Positions 1-21,607 of a DNA stretch of 64,000 nucleotides are shown here, one piece after another (position 1 is the stretch's first letter; each line of letters begins with the position of its first letter). The position numbers and the translations under genes were made by a program. This DNA is from Tubiluchus corallicola. Lineage: Eukaryota > Animalia > Priapulida. The notes under the pieces were generated by a model. The model did not search any database and had not been told where the DNA came from. It saw only the letters and a list, made by a program, of their open reading frames with translations. Location of the stretch: positions 157,081 to 221,080 of the forward strand of contig JAQGDQ010000071.1 of the NCBI GenBank assembly GCA_030141605.1, given 5' to 3'.

Positions 1-549
1 ACGAAAGGTCTCGATCTAGTGTCGTCTCATTGGGGGTTTATTTTTCGAATCGGGCCCACCGCGAGGAACGGGGGGCGAAAAACCTCCAAAAATGGCCATT
101 TTTCGGCCGTTTTTTGCAAAAGTTATACGCCTGAGATGTAGAGAACGGGAATGGGCCGAGGGTGGTGCTGGGTATGGATAGATAGCCCGTTCAGCGATGG
201 GTGTCATAGGCCTATTTAGAATTCGCGAGAGGGCCACGGCGCCCCGCAACGGGCGTTTTTCCGGACCCAACTCGCGATTTTTTCGAAATTCTGATTAAAC
301 AGCATGCGGAAAAAACGTTCTAGCGGCGCCTGGTGGGACTCTCGGAAGGAGATATATAGCTCTTTACAAAGAGAAAGAACGGGGCTACACGATGATGTGG
401 GCTATATTTTAGGGCAGTTCCACCGAGAGGAGTACCGACGAGTTAATTGGATGTTCTATTTTCGACAATTTTCACTTAGAAAACTGCTGACGCAAAGCCA
501 TTGTAGTGACGTCATCCATTGTACTCTGTCTATAATCTTATAGCTTTAA
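1..549. mobile_element. Right part of a GC-richer non-autonomous DNA transposon, possibly Kolobok-like
   Basis: Locally GC/CpG-rich block with no credible ORF. It ends in TATAGCTTTAA (TTAA at 546-549), which resembles a Kolobok terminus plus TTAA target site. The left end is outside the window, so the TIR pair cannot be confirmed. Confidence 0.35.
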
Positions 550-700
550 TTCAGCAAAAAGCTGCTACAGGCAAAGTAAACAAACAGTAGGCAGGATGTT
601 ACGGGCTTTGTGTTATAAATGAGTACTAGGTAGAATGTTCGCGTATTATTGATTACACGTGTATTTATACGCAAAATCTTTTGCGGGGCCTTTGCTAGTT

Positions 701-754
701 AATATTATTATTTTTATTATTATTACTATTATTATTATGATGATGATGATGATG

Positions 755-813
<59 letters not shown>

Positions 814-816
814 TAT
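701..816. repeat. (ATT)n/(ATG)n compound microsatellite
   Basis: Directly visible trinucleotide array. Confidence 0.95.
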
Positions 817-1284
817 GTAATATCACAATAATATTTATAATATTCTGTAGTTCATGTGATTTATTTTTAATGTTTTATTTGTTTGTAACACTTCTGTATA
901 CGGTAGTCAACTGATTTTTGAATTGTTCCTAAACGTGAAAGCACCATGAGTATGTATGTGTAACAAACCTGCGCACCTTCCTAATCAAATCTGACTGTTT
1001 GAAGAATCTTCCTAATAGTCTTCCTAATAGTCGTTATATACGTAATAACACTGTTCATGTAATAACGTATCCTGCGTTACGTGACTCTCTGGCAGTTCGC
1101 ATGCAGGATTAATTAAACAAATATATGAGTCTATGTTGACCAATACTATGTTACTACAGCAGAAACAACCTTTTTGTATATTAAACGTACTGGTGCAGTC
1201 TGGGCTGTTTCACAAATAGTTCTTCTTGACAAAAGTCGTATAATGGTAACAGTAATTTATTTTTGTTTAGGTTACACGATCAAA

Positions 1285-12737
<11,453 letters not shown>

Positions 12738-15154
12738 AACAGTTGCTTCGCCAGAATAAATTTTTTTCTTAAAACATTCGTTTAAGGTAGGGTAAAGCTG
12801 CGGAATGTGGATCACTGGATTTGGGGACACTATACAAAATGGACACAGCTTAAGTACACCACTATAACAGCTTAAAAAGTTAATTTGAAAGAGACAGGAT
12901 TCCTTTAACAGAAAAACACAATAAAATGATTCCGACGGAACAACGGTGAATGAAGTGACTGGGGAATTAGTTTCAGTTAAAGGTCTTGTTTCTGTGTAGC
13001 CACATACACAACTGATTTTACTGGAGCAGAGAAAACCGTCAGAACACGTGTGGCTGACGAATTCGAATCTTGAGGTAATTCGCGCATTTTGCATTCCCTT
13101 TTCCAAGAGGTGTATTAATGGGGGTGCGAGTGGGTCAGCCACACTCAGCTATCAGCTATTTTGGTCATATGCTGCTTGCGTGAGCATTCTTTGGTTGATT
13201 CTTGGGTCGACCCAGGGCATTCCCAATAATCAGGTTTATTTAGGCTGACCAAGGTAAGGTTGGTAGGACCTCAATTTGTAGGTCCCCTGATTGTCCAAGT
13301 GTGTCATGCCGTCATGCAGCGTACGTAGTCTGTCGTCCGTTCACAATTGGAGTTTAACTCAGTTATACCTGAGCCACTAGGAGTAGTCTTGAGATTTTTG
13401 CTAAGACTAACGTAGTTAACTTTGGGAAAAACTGATGTCATTCCGAGGGCATACCCTTCAACAGCCGCTCTGCAATGCTGGGTATAGTGTGAACACCTCA
13501 GTCAGCTCAGTGCGAGTAATTAGAATGGCCTGGCACTTAATATTAACACAACATAGGCAAAAAAAAATTTACCCCTTCTATGCCACTAATCCCCTGCAGG
13601 ATGCATACTGTAGTGTTATAAAGTTTTCTACCGCAAAACTGTCAAGCCTAGAACTTTCGGAGAATGACATTAATTTTAATAACCTTGGGTCAATGCTAAA
13701 GATCGTTGAATGTGGCCAAAAGCCCCAGCGAAACTTGCTGCATGAATTTTGGACCTGAAAACCGTTTGACCAGGAGGCATTGGGAAATTAGTGTTCTTTG
13801 CACAACATTATTGCCAATAAGATTTGGCCAAAAGATGATATTGTGTCAATGTCAATATCCTGAAGTCGCTAGACATGAAGGTCATCGATGCTCTGGTTAA
13901 GGTTTTCTAAGTTGGATTACTTTTGGGATTGTCCCTTACTTTTCCCAGATTACTCATCTATAGCGACTGGTCGTCCCAGCATGTACTGCCCTAATGGAAT
14001 GGCTGAAAAGTTTTACTCGCAAGATTGTCGAAAGTCTCATTCTCTTTCTTGTATATAGTACTTATGATCACATGCAGTGGCAATACAAAATAAACGGCTT
14101 TTTCACATGTTTCTTTAGGAGATTACATTTACATATTTGGACAGAAGGAAATTATTTAATTACTCTAAATTTAAATTTATATTGTATTTTCATCATACTT
14201 TTTTAAACTTTTGCATATTGCTGCCACCTTCAGGTGTTCTTGTTAAAATTGCTGAATCTTCCTCTTTACTGTTTAAATTTCGTTGGCTTCTACAGTCTTT
14301 ATGAATACATAATTTCCAAACCTATTTTCACACCTACTGATTTCACCTGCAATTTTGGTCACTTGTTTTTCTGCTTTTCAATATGACACTACTTCGCATT
14401 GAACACTACTTCAGAATAAAATCTTTTGAACTAAATTTAAAGTTTATTTGGTTTCTTCAAGCCAATATTGTTTATAGATGGCTGATAAGTACTAAGTTAA
14501 TATTAATTAATAAAATCTCTGCTCAAATTTTTTCATAACTAACAAAGTGGGAACCAATAAGATCTTACGTTGAAACTTCTTGCTGAACACAGGTTTGAAC
14601 AACGAATTATCTCATCAATCAAAATACATACCCATTGATAACATGCTTTTTCTGGCCAGGCATTGAAGGTGAAAAGTGAGCGGTTCATTGAAATGGTGAT
14701 GCGACTGCCCTCAAATTCACTCACAATAGCTATTGACATGAAAATAAGAGTTGTTAACATGTGTGATGATACACACACCTCTGGGAATTGTGAAGACAGC
14801 AAGACTGCCAAAACTGATACTGTGAGACCAAAGCCAGTTGCTATGTGTTGTGAACTGTGTTAAGAGCAGAACAAAAGTTGTGAAATGCTTAAACTTCTTT
14901 GGAGTAAGAAAACGAACACTAGGTAGAATGAGCTTGGTCTGGAAAAATACTTGTTCTTACTCATGTGTTTTCTTTGAGTTACTGACACACCTTGTTGAAC
15001 AGTTATTGCCAGAGTATGACAGAGTAAAGTTTGACGTGGTCTAAAAATGCGCCAGTTTTTTGTCTGTTTTAGTTTGACAGCTTAAAAACTGATCTTGTAA
15101 ACGGACCATTATACAAATAAATTATTTTGATCTTGCTCTATTACTGTTGTTCCT

Positions 15155-15551
15155 TTGGCAAATAAACCCAGCAGCCAGTTTCTCTCGAAGCCTAAGGGCA
15201 GATAATATATTTATATTATATTTGATATACTTTTTGATAGATTAAATGGTAAAAAACACATATACAAATATTAGTTAAATTGTTTACACTCATTTACATA
15301 CACACACAACCCAAAAAACGACAATATTGACACATTTACATTGTAAAGACGACTTAATACCTATACAATAATATAAACGCAGAATTTTTGATTATTGGGT
15401 GCAGCATCACTTCAATTATTAGTCATCAACAACTAAATTCATGATCTGTACATAAACCAATATACATAGTTACACATTTGTATTTAAAATATCTACATCA
15501 TTGGTCCCAATTAGAAAAATCTTCATTAGTCGCATCTAGAAAATCAGGACA
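15155..15551 (-). mobile_element. Short 5'-truncated LINE 3' end (RTEX-like)
   Basis: 15320-15551 aligns by eye with 39010-39272 (ORF2 C-terminus CPDFLD..NED and 3'UTR). 15165-15270 aligns with the LINE tail at 36298-36400. Confidence 0.7.
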
Positions 15552-15824
15552 GGGAAATGCATCCGGAATGCGCTCCGTCATTACGTATCCAGCCTTGTAC
15601 AAAAAATCAATAGGAATAGCTGCAGAAGGCAATAACGAAGGTCTGATAAACGAGTTCATTGAAAACAATATAAACAAATTTCTACGCATTAACGCATAGC
15701 GCATTCCAGATGTCTGGTAATCGTCGCTTTACTTGAAGTACGTCCTAGTCTCACGTAAGCGAAAATTTATTCTTTGCGCGAAGCCACAGCAAAACTGGTG
15801 GAACTAAAACACTCGTTCTCAACA

Positions 15825-16883
15825 ATGCGAAATGTGCGAAGCAAAGTCGTTGCTGTTAGTTTATGCATGGTCAGTTTATACTGTCTAAGCCAAATTTTAG
15901 AAATAGGCAAGAAAATTGAAAAAAAGAATTTCTCAGTCAGTTTTTCATGGCAAAATTTCACTGTAAATGTTGAGTTGCAGGACCGGAATCAACGCTTTCA
16001 CCTCCAATTAGCAGTCCTTACTTACAACAGACCGTTGTCATTGTTGAGGTTGCTGAATTCGTTAACTGTTGCTGATTACCAAAACGACAACGTAACATTA
16101 AAAATATGTATAGATAGAAAAATGCAGAACAATCTTGTCTGCAATGAAACCATATCTATATCTAACTCGTTCATTTGGCCGCATGGAGAGAAGCTGGTTC
16201 ACGTTCACTCTAAGCATGTGGGTCCATATATTCAGTGGTACGATTGCTGGAAACCGACAGGACATTCAAATGATTTTGGATTGATTTTAGAAGACGACTT
16301 AGAACTGTCGCCATATTTTTATCTGTGGCTGAAACCTGCACTTTTGTTTTACCAAGACAACAAGGACGTTGGAGCCGTGTCACTGCAGAGGCCAACACTT
16401 GTGGTGAAGATGAAAAAGGGACGCATGTTAAAGAAGAATCCTCTGTGTGCAGAGTGCAAAGATTCTGCATTTCTCTATCGCTTACCAGGATCATGGGGTT
16501 ATGCCCCTATGCCAAAAGTCTGGATACGATTTCGCGAGTGGGTGTTTGACGTTTTGAAAAATCAAACCTTTGTCCCTTACATTAAAAATGAAAAATTTCT
16601 TGTTACTAATAAGTGGGTTAATTTATTCCACCGAAAGTCAATGCCAACTTCATACTTTCTATATTACAATGATATAAACCATCTTTACACACTTTATAGT
16701 AATCTCCCTTTCAACAGAACTCTATCGTGCAACAGAAGAGAACCAGGAATGCATTATAAAATTAAAGGCCAGTATGCTCCTACTTGCGACTTTAAGCCTC
16801 TGGACATGTGGATTGAAAGTTTTACTTCTTTTCCAGTCAAGCCTTTGAAACTAAACTGGGCAGCAGAACTAGAATTACCATAA
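15825..16883 (+). CDS. Intronless GT-A fold (GT2-like) glycosyltransferase, type II membrane, 352 aa
   Basis: First ATG at 15825 (the ORF track starts at an upstream TTG). N-terminal anchor VVAVSLCMVSLYCL. Motifs LAVLTYNRPLSLLRLLNSL..ADY, F.WPHG.K, LILEDDLELSPYFYLWL, PGSWG, LYTLY and NRREPGMH are typical of the poorly characterised eukaryotic GT2-like family. Frame intact. Confidence 0.85.
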   Translation: MRNVRSKVVAVSLCMVSLYCLSQILEIGKKIEKKNFSVSFSWQNFTVNVELQDRNQRFHLQLAVLTYNRPLSLLRLLNSLTVADYQNDNVTLKICIDRKMQNNLVCNETISISNSFIWPHGEKLVHVHSKHVGPYIQWYDCWKPTGHSNDFGLILEDDLELSPYFYLWLKPALLFYQDNKDVGAVSLQRPTLVVKMKKGRMLKKNPLCAECKDSAFLYRLPGSWGYAPMPKVWIRFREWVFDVLKNQTFVPYIKNEKFLVTNKWVNLFHRKSMPTSYFLYYNDINHLYTLYSNLPFNRTLSCNRREPGMHYKIKGQYAPTCDFKPLDMWIESFTSFPVKPLKLNWAAELELP

Positions 16884-17107
16884 TCGTTCCTTTTTGTCAA
16901 TTAGTAAAAAGCGGTTGTTCAAAAAACGTTTTTGTAGAAAAGTTTAGATAATGTTCATGTACACTGTCAAAACTAGCGCAAAATACACTCATTTTCGGTT
17001 GCGTACTTCGGTCAGCAAAGTTGTTGTTCAGTTTAATATTGAATTCGTTTAAGGGCTAAATTCTCACGTAGATAGCCAACTTTAAAAGTAATACTCCACA
17101 AACTACA

Positions 17108-17150
17108 ATGTTGTTATCGTTGTTGTTGTTGTTGTTGTTGTAGTTGTTGA

Positions 17151-17200
<50 letters not shown>

Positions 17201-17216
17201 TTGTTGTTGTTGTTGT
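17108..17216. repeat. (GTT)n microsatellite
   Basis: Directly visible. Confidence 0.95.
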
Positions 17217-17449
17217 CTTTATCGCTCAGTATTAAATGTGTATGAAATTAACAGTTTTTTACATGATTATGTTGTTTCCCAGAGCAAAAACAAAGCATGA
17301 TTAAAATATGCGCTTGTTATTATTATGGCAACATCATAATAATCTTTACAAAGACAAAAAATGTGGGTGCTTTCGACCAGTATGAAAACGACGAGGAAAA
17401 TAAATCGACTAGAACAAGTTAAATCATAACGTCATAATGTAATGCGAAC

Positions 17450-19330
17450 CTATACTTGATAAATATGAACGCTCCAGATCTGCTTTCCTATCGTGAAAGG
17501 TGCCAGAGTGAGGTATTTGAAGATATGAAGGTTTCTCGAACTAGTTTTAAGCTTGCCTCCAGGAATGTCAGTGCACAAGAATTGTCCACTCATAATGATA
17601 ATTTTGCTCGTAATTTATTTAATGAGACACTTTATAAGTTTTGGAGAAAGATTAAAACTTGTTGTAATAATAATATTCCGCTCCCTGACAAAATTGATGA
17701 TGTGCATGGTGGAGGAAATATTTGTAAACTCTGGAAGAGGCATTACGAGCCAAATAATTCAGTGTCAAATAATAAGTTAAATAGTGATTGCGAACAGGTA
17801 GATATTCCAGCTGGTGGTGAACCTGTGTGTGTAATGTATCAGAAATATGAGCTCTATTAGATCTCTTAAACGACATAAGACATATGGGCTTCATTGTATT
17901 GCTGCTGAACATGTGATTTTTGCTAGCTATAGAATTTATGTATTGTTGTCTCTGTTGTTCACTGGTATGTCTAACCACGTATATGCACCTGCTGTTATTA
18001 CTGACTATGTAATTGTACCTGTTATCAAAAACACGAGTCTTGATATAACGGATAGCGATAATTTCATACCAATAGCTTTATCTACAGTGTTTAGTAAAAT
18101 ATCACTTTGCATTCGAAAAGGTATATAGCACTGAATTATATATATATATATATATGCAACTGAAAAAGACACTACATACTTATAACAATAACTGTAGTCC
18201 TACATTAATGTGTCTAATTTGACGCCAGTAAGGCATTTGATCGCCTGAATTCATACAGGCCTTTTAAGAAACTCACTGCTGTTGGGTTACCAGTTTCAAT
18301 GTTGTCTATGCTGAAATATTGGTAAACTTCACAGCGGGTATGTGTTCGCTGGGACAAAACTTACTCTGATTATTTTTCTGTGTCAAACGGCCTGAGACAA
18401 GGTGGAATTCTATCTCCTTTGCTTTTCGCAGCCTATATTGATGACCTCTCAAAATATCTGTCGTGCGAAGAAAGTGCATGTTGCCACATTGGCGAAAATG
18501 CAATCAGTCACTCATGTATGCAGACGACTTATGTCTCGTAGAAAACTTCTTACGGTATGTGAAAAATACGCTGTTGAAAATGATATCGTTTTCAATGTAA
18601 AATATACGATGTATATTTGCATCTATTTTTACCCCTTAGCTTCCGGCATGTTGTCCCTGGAAGGGTTTTCTGTTTGGCAAAGAAGTTAAAGTTAACCATA
18701 ATGAAAAGTACCTTGGCCATTATTTGAGTAATGACTTAAGTGATGATGCTGACATCTTGAATCAGCTATGATTAATTTAAATAATAGTCAATTGTATTAT
18801 TAGGGGATTTGGTAACTGTTCTGCACAAAGATTTATTGTTCCAGTCATATTGTACTCAGTTCTACTGTTCTAGCATATAGGTGAAATTAAATTGCACAAA
18901 ATTCGTAAACTTAGATCTGTGTATAATACTGCTGTTAGAAACTGTTTTAATTATGAATATGGCACTAGAGCTTCGTATATGTATGCAATGAACAGTATTC
19001 CACATTTAACTGTAATTCTTCTTATAGTATCTGGTCAAGAATCAACGAAAAAAGTGATAATTTCATTATTAATGGTCGTGTTAATGTATCTGACATACGA
19101 TACAGTTCAAACTTCGTCTTGCACTGGTCGCAGGTACTTTTACCAAGTTCAATTATATAACCTGTGTGCATACGATGACTTTTACTTTGTATATAACTTT
19201 TTACCCTAATATCTAATCATATGTAATTTTTTTAGTTAAAGATTTTCAACATTGTGTGCTGTAGTTTAAATTTTATTGTATGTGTGTATATATTTGTATA
19301 TGACATTTAGCTGAAATAAGCTGATCAATC
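17450..19330 (+). mobile_element. Decayed 5'-truncated LINE ORF2 (same clade as the 59.4-63.7 kb element; RTEX-like)
   Basis: Fragments FWRKIK..LPDKID..ICKLWKRHY, IVPVIKN..DITDSDNFIPIALSTVFSKI, DASKAFDR, GLRQGGILSPLLF..YIDDL, MYADDL and KYLGHYLSNDLSDDADI are colinear with 59484-62244. Many frameshifts. Confidence 0.9.
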
Positions 19331-20566
19331 AAAATTAGAAAAATAAATTGTCTGTGTTTATGTATTTCATCTTGTATTTTATGTGTGTCGTAGAGTAAAT
19401 AAATAAAAAGTAAAATAAACCAAATTTCATCAGAATCTATATAGTCGGCTCTACCAGTCAACCTATTATACAGCTAAGAAAACTGTGTTCAAAGTGAAAG
19501 TAATAGCGGTTTTGCTAACGTGAATTTAGTGGCTCTATGCCATTCATCACAAAATTTTTGCTTTATGTTTGTGTGGTTTTCATTGGATTTTTTATTCATG
19601 AATAATACAGTGTGACTATATCCGTTTTAAGTATGATATTTTTTGTGTTAGTAATATTAAAAAACATTAGCTTTTAGTGCATTTAGTAATCTTGTGATTT
19701 TTTCCCTTTTTAGTATTTTCCTTGAGTATAAACCATGGTATTGTTTTGCTGTTTTAATGTTTACTTCTTGTTTCTTTATTGCAGCTATATTTGTTAATTG
19801 CCTGCCACATTTTTGTCATTCGAAGTTCAATTTTCGCTATCATGGAATATGCAGAGCACTCTGTATGTTAATTTTTGCTGGTTTACTTTTGAAGAAATAA
19901 AGGCTTATATGTATGCGAATGTCATGCATGCGAGGCTCGCGTATAAAGTTGTAATACATTTCACCTTACAACGCTAAATGCAAAAATATATTTACTTCAT
20001 GTTTCCAGATTACAGACGCAACCGTCAGCTCGACTTCCGAGAATATCTCATTGCATTCGATGCCATGTTGGCACAACGTTGTTGAAAAACTTATTAAAAT
20101 CGACATATTGCAACTAGTGGGCTTTAGCCAAGCTCAACTCAGCAAATTATTAGCACCTGGTTAAGACAGGAATTTAAGTGTTGTGGGTATTCAACGAAAA
20201 AAAAACATTATCATAAGTGTACTGACTGAAACCTCACACTGTGCTATTTAAATTTATCTATGCTCAATGATAAGCTTATAAAAAACGGAAAACATCGCTA
20301 TTCGCAAGTGCTTTATACTTTAAAATTTCAAAATGTTATACAAATTATAACGTTTCGAACAAAGAAGGAAAATGTGGTCATACAGAGACAAGCTAATTTA
20401 CCTTCGACTTCGTAGCGAAGAATATCTTTCAAATGATGTTAAGAATCAAGTGCATATAGATGTTGAAAATAATACGCATAATTAAAGTCTGTCTAAGATG
20501 CAACAACAAAAATTTAACAGAAACAAAACAAACTTTAGTAGCTGAACGCGATTTGATACAGCTAAA

Positions 20567-21607
20567 ATGAGACAATTAAATTTTAAGTCATTTCTTATTT
20601 TTTGCTGTTCATTTGTGCTTTTTTACATTGCATTTAAGGAATTTTGTGCGTATAAAAGACTTGACAAATTTGCAAATACGGAAATAGTTTATAGCAACGA
20701 AAAAGAACGTGTAAGAGCAGCGAATGGAACAACCAAAGAGCAAAAATCAAGTGAGATGTTTAAAACTGTTAAAATGCAAAAAATTATGGAAATGGTCAAC
20801 AACGTCGAGAAAACTGGGAAAATTTTGCACGTGGCGATGATCAATGAAGGCTATCTTCCATTAACACACAACTGGTTGTGTAATACGCAGATTCTTGATG
20901 TCCATGATCAACTGCTGTTTATTGCAACAGATGAAGTAGCATATACTTCATTACAGAAATCGTCGCCGAAAGTAAATGTTTTTAACTTGCACACTTTGAG
21001 CAAACTCAACGAAAAATACACATTTGACACATGGAATTATAAATATTACTTACTACTCAGAGTAAAGTTTTTGCTGGACTTACTAAGGCACAACGTTTCT
21101 TTTGTACTTTTTGAAACAGACAGTTTGTGGTTAAGAAGTCCAAATGATCTTATAAAAAACTATAGTAATTATGATATCATTAGTGCCCAATTTAAGGGAG
21201 TAAATTTGAAACAACAAAAATATACAGTTGGTTACATTTTTCTCAACTCAACAAATGAAGGCATTAAAATCTGGAGTGAAATGATAATTCGTTTAGAAAG
21301 CGAAATCAATAATACTTATGAACAAATTATTCTCGACAATTTGTGTAAACAGAAATTTTCTTCAGCCAAATGCACATTGCTTCCATACCAGTATGTTACT
21401 GATGGGGTCTGGTACAAAATGAATCTTAGCATGAGGGCAAAAATTGTTCCTAATCCTTACTTAATAAATAACAACTTTATTAAAGGAATACCTCAAAAAA
21501 TGGCTAGGGCAAAAAGATATGGTCATTGGTTCTTGGACGAGCATGCAAAGTGTAATCTAACTCATGTAAAGTATGTAATGCAAAGATTCAAAATTTCTGT
21601 GCAGTAA
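20567..21607 (+). CDS. Intronless nucleotide-diphospho-sugar transferase (Nucleotid_trans / GT77-like), type II membrane, 346 aa
   Basis: N-terminal TM FLIFCCSFVLFYIAF. Motifs MINEGYLPLTHNWLCN, LLFIATD, LRVKFLLDLL, LFETDSLWLRSP, GYIFL, EQIIL, DGVWY and INNNFIKG...K..RAK..GHWFL. Frame intact; acceptor-like gatacag 5 nt upstream of the ATG. Confidence 0.88.
   Translation: MRQLNFKSFLIFCCSFVLFYIAFKEFCAYKRLDKFANTEIVYSNEKERVRAANGTTKEQKSSEMFKTVKMQKIMEMVNNVEKTGKILHVAMINEGYLPLTHNWLCNTQILDVHDQLLFIATDEVAYTSLQKSSPKVNVFNLHTLSKLNEKYTFDTWNYKYYLLLRVKFLLDLLRHNVSFVLFETDSLWLRSPNDLIKNYSNYDIISAQFKGVNLKQQKYTVGYIFLNSTNEGIKIWSEMIIRLESEINNTYEQIILDNLCKQKFSSAKCTLLPYQYVTDGVWYKMNLSMRAKIVPNPYLINNNFIKGIPQKMARAKRYGHWFLDEHAKCNLTHVKYVMQRFKISVQ

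Noticed and set aside
1174-1284. N-terminal extension of the 625 aa ORF
   Set aside because: Starts at TTG and crosses a strong splice acceptor at 1270; ATG 1285 gives a normal short cytosolic tail before the TM.
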